From Methanoregula sp. (GTDB lineage: Archaea; Halobacteriota; Methanomicrobia; Methanomicrobiales; Methanospirillaceae): a DNA stretch of 64,000 nucleotides. Location: positions 14,697 to 78,696 of the forward strand of contig NZ_JBAYLY010000010.1 in the NCBI RefSeq assembly GCF_041663825.1, given 5' to 3'. The notes beneath the pieces are model-generated. The model was given only the letters and a program-made list of their open reading frames with translations. It did no database searches and had not been told where the DNA came from. The position numbers were made by a program, and so were the translations under genes. This document shows positions 8,187 through 17,482 of the stretch, piece by piece (within the stretch, counting starts at the first letter, position 1; each line of letters begins with the position of its first letter).

Positions 8187-8753
8187 TTAATCGTTATTGT
8201 CAGCAATACAGAGTTTTCTCTTAAAAACCCCGACTCCCCGTTTAACATCGTCCATATTCGTCCCCCCTGTAATAATGGTCTTTCCCGAGGAGAAGAGCAG
8301 GAATACGAGTTTTGGGTCAGAAATCCGGCAGACAAGTCCCGGAAAGACTTCCGGTTCATATTCGATATTCTCGCTGTCCATTAATGTGATCATAATCCTG
8401 TTCAGGTTGCACGGGCTCCCGAGATTATAGGAGCAGACAATATTTTTGATGGCGACCTGCGGGTTATCCTCACAGGGTATTTCTGCACGTCTGAAGTCCT
8501 GTAAAAGATTTTGTAACGCTACCGGGATATCTTCAGGAGTAATGAGGCCGGTAATCACGATCCTGCCCGATGCAAAAATGAGGGCAGCGGATTTCGGGTT
8601 TTGCATGTGATAGACCGCACCCGGGAACCTCTTTTTGTTGAGTACACAGCCCGGTATTTTGTCGGAAGTGAGTTCCAGGTCGATAGCATCTGCAATCGAT
8701 CCGGAAACGACGACATTTTCGATTTTTAATGAGTGGAGTTCACTCTCTTTCAT
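8187..8753 (-). CDS. tbp: TATA-box binding protein paralog (convergent with 7346-7912)
   Basis: 188 aa. Colinear with the other copy, 130/188 identical residues by manual count, with the same repeat motifs. Confidence 0.88.
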   Translation of the reverse strand: MKESELHSLKIENVVVSGSIADAIDLELTSDKIPGCVLNKKRFPGAVYHMQNPKSAALIFASGRIVITGLITPEDIPVALQNLLQDFRRAEIPCEDNPQVAIKNIVCSYNLGSPCNLNRIMITLMDSENIEYEPEVFPGLVCRISDPKLVFLLFSSGKTIITGGTNMDDVKRGVGVFKRKLCIADNND

Positions 8754-8889
8754 AATCTAAAAATGGGACAGAAGACCCTATTAATAAATAACTCATCCGG
8801 GGTGAAAACCGGGAAATAACTCCAAGGGGAGGAGTTTTTTATTTCCGGGCAACCCCCGGTTCCACCAAAATACCCGATCCATCTCCCAC

Positions 8890-10143
8890 TTATTTCTGGG
8901 CAACCTGTGCCAGGGTATCGTGAGCTGCCACGGACGGGTTGTGCTTCTCCCTGATGAGCGCAACAAGATACGGCACCGCGAGCAGGAGCGCGATGCATCC
9001 AAATGCAAGGAACATATTACTGTATGTTGCCACGAGTGCAATGACGGGCAATACCGCAAGTGCGGAAGCAAACTGGCCGATGTTCAAGGACACCGAGAAC
9101 CCGCCCATCGCCCGCCCGAGAAATTGTCGTGGCGTGATTGCAGCAATCCAGGTTAAGATCGTCGGCATCAGGAGCCCTTCGCCAATACCGACCAGGACCA
9201 CGGCGACCCCTACGAGGACAAGCGACGTGGCAAACCCGAGAATGCACAGGCCCAGGCCAAAGGAGAGAAGAGTCACGGTGAGGATCGTGTACCGGTGGAA
9301 TCTCCAGGCAATTCTCCCGTAAAAGATCCCGAGGATTGCCGAGGCACAGCCCCCGATCCCGAGGAATATCCCTGCGGTAAGCGCGGTGTTTTCTCCCATG
9401 ATCCGTGCGGCATCCATATGGGCAATCAGGAAGGGGAACTTCGTCGGCATCAAAAAGAACAGCAGGTTCCCCATAAAGAGGGTGATATATGCCAGGAGAA
9501 GGGGAGTGGCCGGGAATTTTTCATCGGACTCCGCCTTTCTCTCACCGGGTGCTGCCCTGATTTCCTCGCATTTGCGGGCGGGCTCTCTCATCGTTAAGAG
9601 AACGCCGGCGAGAATGACAATCCCCAGGAGGTAGATGAGGAACGCTGCACGCCAGGAAATACCGGCGAGTAATCCACCGCTCACTTCAAGGATCAGTACC
9701 CCGACACCCATGGCCGCTGCCTGGTAACCGAGAATCCTCGCCCGGGTCAGCCCGTCATAATAACAGACAATCAGGGCAGATGTCGTGCAGATGATACCGG
9801 CAATACCGACCCCGAGGAAGAACCTGCCCACGAGTATTGCGGGAATTGAGTTGAGATAATATCCCGAACTTCCTGCAATGGTAAAGACCGCAACGGAGAT
9901 GGCAAGGACCCTGATTTTGCCGATCTTATCCGAAAGGATCCCGAGGAATAAGCCCGTGATGGCAATGGCAAGCGCGGGGAGCGTAACAATTAAGGAGATG
10001 CTTGCATCTGATGCGTCGGGAAATGCTGCGCTGATTAACGGCAGAGCCGGCGCGACTGCTGCTCCTCCCATGAGGATCATCATGGCAGCAAGCATGAGGA
10101 AAAGAAATGTCCATTTTGATGGTTTGAACTGTGCCGAAGTCAT
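8890..10143 (-). CDS. MFS transporter
   Basis: 417 aa, about 12 hydrophobic segments in two six-helix halves joined by a charged central loop (REPARKCEEIRAAPGERK). Confidence 0.78.
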   Translation of the reverse strand: MTSAQFKPSKWTFLFLMLAAMMILMGGAAVAPALPLISAAFPDASDASISLIVTLPALAIAITGLFLGILSDKIGKIRVLAISVAVFTIAGSSGYYLNSIPAILVGRFFLGVGIAGIICTTSALIVCYYDGLTRARILGYQAAAMGVGVLILEVSGGLLAGISWRAAFLIYLLGIVILAGVLLTMREPARKCEEIRAAPGERKAESDEKFPATPLLLAYITLFMGNLLFFLMPTKFPFLIAHMDAARIMGENTALTAGIFLGIGGCASAILGIFYGRIAWRFHRYTILTVTLLSFGLGLCILGFATSLVLVGVAVVLVGIGEGLLMPTILTWIAAITPRQFLGRAMGGFSVSLNIGQFASALAVLPVIALVATYSNMFLAFGCIALLLAVPYLVALIREKHNPSVAAHDTLAQVAQK

Positions 10144-10206
10144 GTCCTATTAAATCGTTAAGGACAGAATATTAAGAAAGTGCTCCTGAAAAGAGTAGCT
10201 GATGTT

Positions 10207-10977
10207 ATGATTGATGATTCGTTACTTTCGCAGCTCAAAGGCATCGGGATGAGTGAATACGAGGCGAAGGTATACGTGATTCTCTCAGCTCTGCGGGTGG
10301 CAAGTGCCCGGGAAATCCACGAACAGACAAAGATCCCCCGGGGCAGGATCTATGAAACGCTTAACTCGCTCCTGGAGAGAGGGTTTATTGTCTCTTCGGG
10401 GAAGGCGCCGGTCCGGTACTCGCCGGTCGATGTCACCGCGACGTTTGAGCGGCTGAAACGCGAATCCGTGGCGTCTCTTGATGGATTGTATGAGCGTGTG
10501 AAAACCCTCGAAACCGAGACACCGGCCCCGCTCATGCAGGGATATAAACTGTATACCGAATGGACCCGGGATAACCAGATCCGGATGATGCTCAGGAGGG
10601 CGAAATCAGAGGTTATCCTGCTCTGCAATGATGAAGCATTCCTCACCCGGTATGGCAGCGATATTTCACGTGCGGCAAAACGGGTCGTCGTGTACCTTAT
10701 TGTCGGGAGAAAAGAACTTGCGGAGTTTGCGCCGGTAAAATGCTATGTTGGAGGGAACGATATGGAGTCCTCCCTCATTCATCCCGAGGTGGGAGAACAC
10801 ATCGGGCTCTCGATGAAATTGTTATTGCTGGCCGACCGCCGGGAGTCCCTTTCGGTCATGGAAGAGAACGGTAAACTGACGGCGATCTTCATATCCCCTG
10901 ATATTTTCGCCGGCTACCTGTCGCGAAAATTTGTGCAGGAGATAGAGCCGGTTGAGCGGTCGCGGAAGAGAACCTGA
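10207..10977 (+). CDS. TrmB-family transcriptional regulator
   Basis: GMSEYEAKVYVILSALRVASAREIHEQTKIPRGRIYETLNSLLERGFI is the TrmB N-terminal wHTH. The track ORF starts at GTG 10180; ATG 10207 is preferred. Confidence 0.78.
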   Translation: MIDDSLLSQLKGIGMSEYEAKVYVILSALRVASAREIHEQTKIPRGRIYETLNSLLERGFIVSSGKAPVRYSPVDVTATFERLKRESVASLDGLYERVKTLETETPAPLMQGYKLYTEWTRDNQIRMMLRRAKSEVILLCNDEAFLTRYGSDISRAAKRVVVYLIVGRKELAEFAPVKCYVGGNDMESSLIHPEVGEHIGLSMKLLLLADRRESLSVMEENGKLTAIFISPDIFAGYLSRKFVQEIEPVERSRKRT

Positions 10978-11120
10978 AAGGGACAGCTACCGGATACCCG
11001 GAAAACTATACTGTTTTGAATTTTTTATCGTAGTCGGGTCCCGAAGATCGCAGGTTTTTCTCGCGCGGCCGGCTCCGGCAGATGGCCGTACCACGTACCC
11101 TCTTCAGGTTCCCGCAGACC

Positions 11121-12269
11121 TCAGGCCTGCTGCCCGGCCGGGCCGGCAAACCGCGTTTTCATCAGGTACGCCATCAGGGCAACGAGTATCCCGAGGATGC
11201 CGGCCACCACAAAGACCGCGTCGAGGCCGAAGAAGACCAGGACTATCCCGAGAACAATGGGGGCAGCGCTCTGGCCCACGTATTTCATGCAGCTGTGGAT
11301 CGCGATCACCCCGCCCCGGGTCGTCGGGGGCGAGAGCTGGATGAGCTGCACGTCAATCGCGGTCTGGGCAAGGATCAGCCCCACGCCAAAGACCAGCAGC
11401 AGCAGGACGACCGCCGCAACCGATTGCGCACAGGCTAAAAACAGAAGCGAGAGTCCGACGGCGATAAATCCCGCAGCAATCACCACCGGCAGGGAATGTT
11501 TCCCGGTCAGCGGCTTAACCTGCGGTGCAAAGAGGATGCACGTGATCCCCGGGACCGCGAGCATCAGGCCCGATGCCCCCGACGCGTACCCGAACGTTCC
11601 CTTGAGCATGAAGGGCACGTAGATCATCATCGCAAACAACAGGAAAAAGATCGAAAAGCCCATGAAGACCGTTGCGAGGATCGGCAGGTCTTTGAGGCAT
11701 TTGAGCGCCCCGCCCATCCCCTCGTGGTGCACAACCGTGGCCTGGTCCCGGGTCTCTGGGAGAAACAGGATCACAAGCACCGCAAACGGCAGGGAGAGTG
11801 CAAAGAAGAGGAAGGCATAGTTCCATCCGAACAGGGCGAGCCCTCCCCCGATCACCGGGGCAAATACCGACCCAAGGGCAAACGTGATGCTGATCTTGCT
11901 CATCGCCGCCACCCGGTCAAGGCCGGTGTAGACGTCCCCGATCACGAGCATGGCAAGCGTTGTCATCCCCGCAACGCCGATCCCCTGCATGAACCGTAAG
12001 ACAAGAAGAGACGCGAAATCAGCGACAAAAAAACTCACGAGCCCGGTGAGGCCGTAGATTAAAAGGCAGGGAATCAGGATCCGTTTCCGGTTCACGCGGT
12101 CGGTGAAATGCCCGATCACCAGGGTGAAAAACGCTGTTGAGATCGTAAACACGGACATCAAGAGCGCGACATTCTGCGCTGTTGTGTGCAGGGGACCTAC
12201 CATCTCCGGCAGTACCGGTGCAAGGAGCGCCCCCCCGGCCATGGAAAAAAATGCCACGATGCAGAGCAT
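11121..12269 (-). CDS. MFS transporter
   Basis: 382 aa polytopic protein. DRVNRKRILI is the MFS loop 2-3 motif (D-R-x-x-R-K/R). Confidence 0.78.
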   Translation of the reverse strand: MLCIVAFFSMAGGALLAPVLPEMVGPLHTTAQNVALLMSVFTISTAFFTLVIGHFTDRVNRKRILIPCLLIYGLTGLVSFFVADFASLLVLRFMQGIGVAGMTTLAMLVIGDVYTGLDRVAAMSKISITFALGSVFAPVIGGGLALFGWNYAFLFFALSLPFAVLVILFLPETRDQATVVHHEGMGGALKCLKDLPILATVFMGFSIFFLLFAMMIYVPFMLKGTFGYASGASGLMLAVPGITCILFAPQVKPLTGKHSLPVVIAAGFIAVGLSLLFLACAQSVAAVVLLLLVFGVGLILAQTAIDVQLIQLSPPTTRGGVIAIHSCMKYVGQSAAPIVLGIVLVFFGLDAVFVVAGILGILVALMAYLMKTRFAGPAGQQA

Positions 12270-12464
12270 CAGGAGATCGGTTTTATTAAATTCCGTGATT
12301 CGCCTCTTTACCTTTCCCGTATATGGAGTACCGTTTTGATCCTGTCCTCAAATAGACATCGCGCTCCTCTGATCTGGGTGTGCGGCCCCGGGAAAAAGGA
12401 CAACGAACCGGGACCCGAGACCCTCCCGTCAGGACCGGTTGGCGGTACTCCCGGTAAAAAAGAA

Positions 12465-13076
12465 TTAACTGTCCGCCCGCTCGGGATAATACATCTCATT
12501 CGTCAGCTTTTCACGCGCCTTTGGCAGGGAATCGATCTCATACTGGCTCACGATATGCTCGTTTATGGTCTCCCCGGTCTCCTTGTCGATGGACGCGGGC
12601 ACCCGCGTATATTCCCGGAAGATCTGGGAGCCGCCAGAAGAGGCCGGGATGGAAACCCGGTATTTGTTGTCCCCAATCTTTTGCCAGGTACCGGACATCT
12701 TGAGCTGAGAAACAATCCTGAAGCTCGATCCGGAATTTATCGGTACGCCAAAGGTATAGGTCACGCTCCCGTCCGATAAGAATACGAAATCGTAGGCCGC
12801 CCATGGCATTTCTGAGGTAAACGTGGGGTATTCCCGAACCCATCGGCGGAGAATCGGATCGGATTCCAGCGTTGCGGTGGTCGTTGGCGTCTGTGTTGGG
12901 CTTGTCGTTATTGCTGTCGCAGGGGTGATCAGGATCTGTGTGGTCACCGGTGCAGATGTGACAGGCACGGTGGTTGTGGGCACGGCTGCGGAACTACCGG
13001 ACGAACTCGTACATCCCGCAGCCAGAAGAACTGCGATGGTAATGATCGTGAGAGAAAAAAGAGTGATTTTTCTCAT
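12465..13076 (-). CDS. Secreted/lipobox-like protein with Thr-rich linker, unknown function
   Basis: 203 aa. Signal peptide MRKITLFSLTIITIAVLLAAGC followed by an S/T/P-rich stretch. Confidence 0.55.
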   Translation of the reverse strand: MRKITLFSLTIITIAVLLAAGCTSSSGSSAAVPTTTVPVTSAPVTTQILITPATAITTSPTQTPTTTATLESDPILRRWVREYPTFTSEMPWAAYDFVFLSDGSVTYTFGVPINSGSSFRIVSQLKMSGTWQKIGDNKYRVSIPASSGGSQIFREYTRVPASIDKETGETINEHIVSQYEIDSLPKAREKLTNEMYYPERADS

Positions 13077-13255
13077 AGATCACCAGTTATATCGTGATCC
13101 TATAATCCTTCTCTTTTGCCTCCTTAAGGGAGCCCCCGCTCTCCCCTCACTTTTTTACAGCGTTTTTGGACAGGGTCGACACATGCAAGGAACCAAATAA
13201 AAGCCCCTGCCCCAACCATTAAACTGTCAAACGGTGCAGGGATGAGTAGACATCC

Positions 13256-13426
13256 ATGTCACCTGTCATCCGGGCCGACTGCCCCTGCCCGAAAACAACC
13301 TGCAGCCGCCACACGCTCTGCGACGAATGCGAGGCGTTCCGCGTAGCACGGGGGAAAGTGCCGTTCTGCCGGCAGCAGAAGGTCTCGTTCCTTGGCAGGA
13401 TCCGGAAGATGCTGGGCCTGAGGTGA
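13256..13426 (+). CDS. Small Cys-rich protein (56 aa, DUF6485-like pattern), absent from the ORF track because it is shorter than 60 aa
   Basis: MSPVIRADCPCPKTTCSRHTLCDECEAFRVARGKVPFCRQQKVSFLGRIRKMLGLR*. Six Cys are spaced C-x-C-x4-C-x5-C-x2-C-x12-C, and third codon positions are GC-rich like host genes. Confidence 0.5.
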   Translation: MSPVIRADCPCPKTTCSRHTLCDECEAFRVARGKVPFCRQQKVSFLGRIRKMLGLR

Positions 13427-13544
13427 ACGTTTCCACGATCCGGTTGGCCCGGGGATCCGGCTTTTTTACGAATGTTCATCATGTCATCGATCATAAAAAA
13501 AATGCTAAAGTCCGGTTGGGTAACACCGGGCGGAGTGTGATACC

Positions 13545-14876
13545 GTGTGGGCCCTCGATATAATAACCCTCTTTCTGATCCTCTTCCTCGTCAATGTCGT
13601 CCTCACGCTGATGCTCTTTACCTTCTGGAGAACCCAGAAGACCTATGACGGCTTCCGGATATGGATGCTTTCCCTGCTGGTCACGTCCTGCGGGTATTTC
13701 CTGTACCTGCTCTATGGATCCGTGCCCGTCTGGATCTCCTCAACCGGGGCAAATCTTTTGATCGTGCTCTCGGTCATGATGCGGCTTGACAGTACCGGGA
13801 AATATTTCCGGTCATGGGCGCTCCCTAAGATCGTGTACGGCATCCTGGTACCGGCCGGGCTCCTCTTGTTCTGGTTTATGATCGTGACCGATTCGGTGGT
13901 CGCCCGTGGCGTCATCGTAGGGTTACTCATTGTCCCCTGCTTTGTTGCGACATCCGTCATTGCGATACGGTCAAAGGAACCGGAGACCCGGTCGCTCAGG
14001 TACAGTTTCAGTACGGCACTTCTGGTCCTGGCGCTCCTCTGGACCGCGATAGTCATCAACGGGGTTACAACCCCCGGGAATCACTCGCTGGAAGGTCCGG
14101 ATCTCATCAATTCTGTCTTCTTTATCGTTACGATCCTCATGGACATCGTCCTCACGGCATCCTTCCTGATGCTTAATATGGCCCGGTCCCAGATCGAACT
14201 CCGAAAAAGCGAGGATGCACTCTCCCGGGCAAACAAAAAACTCACGATTCTCTCTTCAATAACCAGGCACGATATCAAGAACCAGCTCACGGCCCTCGCG
14301 TTATATCTCGAGCTTTCGAAAGACGAACTTAGTACCCATCCCGGCGCATCAGAGTATCTCAAAAAAGAGATGGCGATCGCTGAAATAATCGGGCTCCAGA
14401 TCGACTTTTCAAAGGCCTACGAGGATATGGGAACAACGGCACCGGTCTGGCAGAATATCAATGAAAGTATCCGGCGGGCTGTTGCGGCCCTGCCGATGCA
14501 GGCGGTAAGGGTGGAGGTTGACCGGTCTGACCTCGCACTGTATGCAGATCCCTTGTTCGAGAAGGTCTTCTATAACCTGATTGATAATGCCCTCAGGCAT
14601 GGCGGGAATACCCTTACGAAGATCCGCATCTCCTGCCATGAGACTGAAAAGGGGCTCGTCCTTATCTGTGAGGATGACGGTGCCGGGATTACCAGAGAGG
14701 ACAAAGATCACCTGTTTATGCAGGGCTGCGGGAAACATACCGGCCTCGGGCTCTTCCTCTCCCGCGAGATCCTCTCGATCACCGGCATTACCATCGCGGA
14801 AACCAGCGAACCGGGGAAAGGGGCCCGGTTCGAGATGAACGTGCCGAAAGGGGCGTACCGGTTCGGACAGTCATGA
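13545..14876 (+). CDS. Membrane sensor histidine kinase (multi-TM sensor domain + HisKA-like + HATPase_c)
   Basis: About 7 TM segments. H-box SSITRHDIKNQLTAL, N-box YNLIDNALRHG, then DDGAGI and GLGLFLSREI. GTG start. Confidence 0.85.
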   Translation: MWALDIITLFLILFLVNVVLTLMLFTFWRTQKTYDGFRIWMLSLLVTSCGYFLYLLYGSVPVWISSTGANLLIVLSVMMRLDSTGKYFRSWALPKIVYGILVPAGLLLFWFMIVTDSVVARGVIVGLLIVPCFVATSVIAIRSKEPETRSLRYSFSTALLVLALLWTAIVINGVTTPGNHSLEGPDLINSVFFIVTILMDIVLTASFLMLNMARSQIELRKSEDALSRANKKLTILSSITRHDIKNQLTALALYLELSKDELSTHPGASEYLKKEMAIAEIIGLQIDFSKAYEDMGTTAPVWQNINESIRRAVAALPMQAVRVEVDRSDLALYADPLFEKVFYNLIDNALRHGGNTLTKIRISCHETEKGLVLICEDDGAGITREDKDHLFMQGCGKHTGLGLFLSREILSITGITIAETSEPGKGARFEMNVPKGAYRFGQS

Positions 14877-14946
14877 TACCGGCAGAAAACAAAAAAAACC
14901 CCGGATTTCCCGCAAAGCAGGTATCGATCTCCCGGTGACGTGTACC

Positions 14947-15759
14947 ATGGACCCAAAAGAACACATCCACATCATCAGTGCAGGAGAAAAGATCCACGAG
15001 GCCTATCCTGCGGCACTCAGGGACCTGCCGACGATCACCCATACCATCATTTTTGCCGAAAAAGAGGTCTATACCAACTCGGCCCGGGACGATACCAAGA
15101 AACGGATGTGGAAGTGCGCCATCCGCGACGCGATTGAGGCGGTGAACGCCCTCTCCATCTCCAAAAATATACCCTGTTCCCTGGTCCGTATCGATGCGGC
15201 AACGTTTGATGCGATCCGTGACCCGGTGCTCGGGATCTACAGCGATCACCCGGATGCACGGTATTCGTTTGATATATCCGCCGGGTCAAAACGCCTCTCG
15301 CTTGGACTCTTCTCAATGTCGCTCTGGGTGGAGGGCGATTCCTATTACGCGTTTGGGGATTCCCCGATCCGGCGGGTTCCAGTACCGGTATTTCCCGTAA
15401 AGAACCTTGCAGCAAACCCGTATTATCTTGTGATCCTCACCATCCTCTTCCGGGGCCAGGAGACCGGGAAGCAGACAAGGACGCTCGTCCCAAAAGAGAC
15501 CCTTTTTAACGAGACAAAAACCTGGCAGATCCCGGCGAGCGCTTTTAGTTCGGGCACCGACCGGCCCGAACTGTCACCGGCCGTGTTCTCCCGGTTAGTA
15601 TCGACGCTGGTGGGCTGGAACCTTATTTGTGAGGAGTCCGATCCGGGGAATGACCGGGAGAAACTCTATTGCCTCACCCCGGATGGCGAACTCGCGATAT
15701 ACGTGTACCTGGCGCGCCTGAAAAAGCGGAATCCCGGGAGTGCACCGGGTCTCACGTGA
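14947..15759 (+). CDS. Rossmann-like (Csa3/CARF-like) N-domain + C-terminal wHTH protein, putative ligand-responsive regulator
   Basis: 270 aa. HIHIISAGEK / HTIIFAEKE / FDISAGSKRLSLGLFSMSL resemble the strand-loop pattern of Csa3-type CARF domains. The C-terminal LSPAVFSRLVSTLVGWNLI...LYCLTPDGE looks like a wHTH. The function call is tentative. Confidence 0.5.
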   Translation: MDPKEHIHIISAGEKIHEAYPAALRDLPTITHTIIFAEKEVYTNSARDDTKKRMWKCAIRDAIEAVNALSISKNIPCSLVRIDAATFDAIRDPVLGIYSDHPDARYSFDISAGSKRLSLGLFSMSLWVEGDSYYAFGDSPIRRVPVPVFPVKNLAANPYYLVILTILFRGQETGKQTRTLVPKETLFNETKTWQIPASAFSSGTDRPELSPAVFSRLVSTLVGWNLICEESDPGNDREKLYCLTPDGELAIYVYLARLKKRNPGSAPGLT

Positions 15760-15782
15760 TTTGCCGCGAGAAAAACGAATCC

Positions 15783-16583
15783 TTACTCCTCTTTTAAGGT
15801 GCGTTCGTCTTCTTCGATCCATTTCTCGAAATTCTGGATACCCGCTTTGATCTCGTTTATCCGCCGTTCCACATCTGCCAGTTGGGCGGTGGCCCGTGCA
15901 CGTTTCTCCGGATCGTCGGAGCTGGCAAGAAATTTTCGGATATGCGCTGCAGTGAGCTGGAAATTCTCAAGGGCTGTCGCCGCTTTCTGGTACCGTTCCG
16001 TATTGACCTCGAGATTCTTTTGGACCCGGGATCTATTTTCCGATTTCGGGTGCGGTTTTCCTGCGTTAAGTGTATTCCAGAGGCCGTCGTGAAGGGTGCG
16101 GGTTGCCTGGATGCGATCAAAACAGGTTTTTTTGTGCTTGGCGAGCATCTCGTGCTTGTACTTCCCCAGCAGATCACCGGCGGTTTTAAGTTCCTGGCCG
16201 CGTTCTACAAGTGCATGGATATTCCGGGGCGGGGCACCGGCAGGGAACTGTGCGAGTTCCACGTGTTTTATAATCTCGTCGAAATGACTCCGGGAAACCG
16301 ATTCCAGTGTCCCGTACTCCGATTTCTGGTTCTCCTTTACTTCCCGGCACAGGGTATTAAACTGGTTCCAGAGCAGATCCCGGTCATCATGGGCAAGCGG
16401 TTTTAATTCTTTGAACAACCCGGTGATCTGTTTTGCCTTGTTCCAGAAATCCTGGTATTTGGTGATGATGGGGAGATTTTGCCGGATCGGGTCGGTTAAT
16501 GACGCCAGTTTCTCGATCTCCCCTGCCAGATGTTCTGCATTTTTATGGGCATTGATAAGCCACGGATCATCTTCAGGTTTCAT
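15783..16583 (-). CDS. Hypothetical coiled-coil protein
   Basis: Long ORF with host-like codon usage and a helical, charged composition. The start is ambiguous (ATG 16583 or 16649). Confidence 0.6.
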   Translation of the reverse strand: MKPEDDPWLINAHKNAEHLAGEIEKLASLTDPIRQNLPIITKYQDFWNKAKQITGLFKELKPLAHDDRDLLWNQFNTLCREVKENQKSEYGTLESVSRSHFDEIIKHVELAQFPAGAPPRNIHALVERGQELKTAGDLLGKYKHEMLAKHKKTCFDRIQATRTLHDGLWNTLNAGKPHPKSENRSRVQKNLEVNTERYQKAATALENFQLTAAHIRKFLASSDDPEKRARATAQLADVERRINEIKAGIQNFEKWIEEDERTLKEE

Positions 16584-16808
16584 GGAGCATCTCTTCTGTT
16601 CACTGGTTATGGATCGTCTTATTTGTTTCTGCCGGGTGTTATTACCCATCTCTCCAGTACCGGAACGTAACTGTGAGAAGGGCACGAAATTTTGTCGTCG
16701 GTAAAAAAGGGAGGGCTGACACCATGTCAAAAAAAGATGGGATGAGGTATCCCCCGATCCCCTCAAGGCCCCTTACGTGCTTGTGCAGGGCTCTAAACTA
16801 TGCCGTTT

Positions 16809-17309
16809 TTAGCAGCGCGAATTCTTGGCGTGACAAGATCCCGCGCCTGCGTCAATGGTGGAGTTGCCCCCGCGCCGGATCTCCAGTTTCATGGTACCGT
16901 CGGACTGCATGATACGGACCATCTTGGGCTCTGCCGGGGCGACCGGGACATCCGGCTGGCGTGCGGCGCTTCGTGGCAGGATTACCGTGCTGCACTCTTT
17001 TTGGGCTGCAACAAGCGGGGCTGCGGACGGCTCTTCAGGCATCGGAGATGCTGTGTCCGGCACTACCGGCTCCTGCGTAAACTCCACAAGGCCGGGTTTC
17101 CCGTTCTGCCTGGACATCGTCCTTGTGATCGCCTTGAAGTCGAGCATCTCATCGATCAGTCCCCGGACCGGGGTTTCCATTGCCGATACCTTTCTCTCAA
17201 GTGCTGTGATCCGGTCATCTGATGCACCGGTTTCAGAAAATTCCATACTCGTAATCAGGTTCTCCTGGTGATCAGGTTCATCACGGGGTTTGATCTTTGC
17301 ATCTGACAT
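16809..17309 (-). CDS. Hypothetical protein (N-terminal coiled coil, Pro-rich linker)
   Basis: This ORF is the only long frame without a better competitor here. The start at MSDAKIKP was chosen arbitrarily among several Met codons. Confidence 0.4.
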   Translation of the reverse strand: MSDAKIKPRDEPDHQENLITSMEFSETGASDDRITALERKVSAMETPVRGLIDEMLDFKAITRTMSRQNGKPGLVEFTQEPVVPDTASPMPEEPSAAPLVAAQKECSTVILPRSAARQPDVPVAPAEPKMVRIMQSDGTMKLEIRRGGNSTIDAGAGSCHAKNSRC

Positions 17310-17482
17310 CGCATATAAATCACTACAGATGTTTCCTGACATGTTAAAGGGATAAGTCGGCCTCAGGCACGGGATTTGTCTGGTATCTATACTTTCAGCA
17401 TGATCATTTTCACACCTCAAGGACACTCATTTATAAGGCCTGCCATCCGGTGTGAACTAAGAGAACAAACGAGCATACGCAA

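Noticed and set aside
13219-13494. 91-aa minus-strand ORF
   Set aside because: It lies antisense to a better-supported 56-aa Cys-rich plus-strand ORF and has no motifs.
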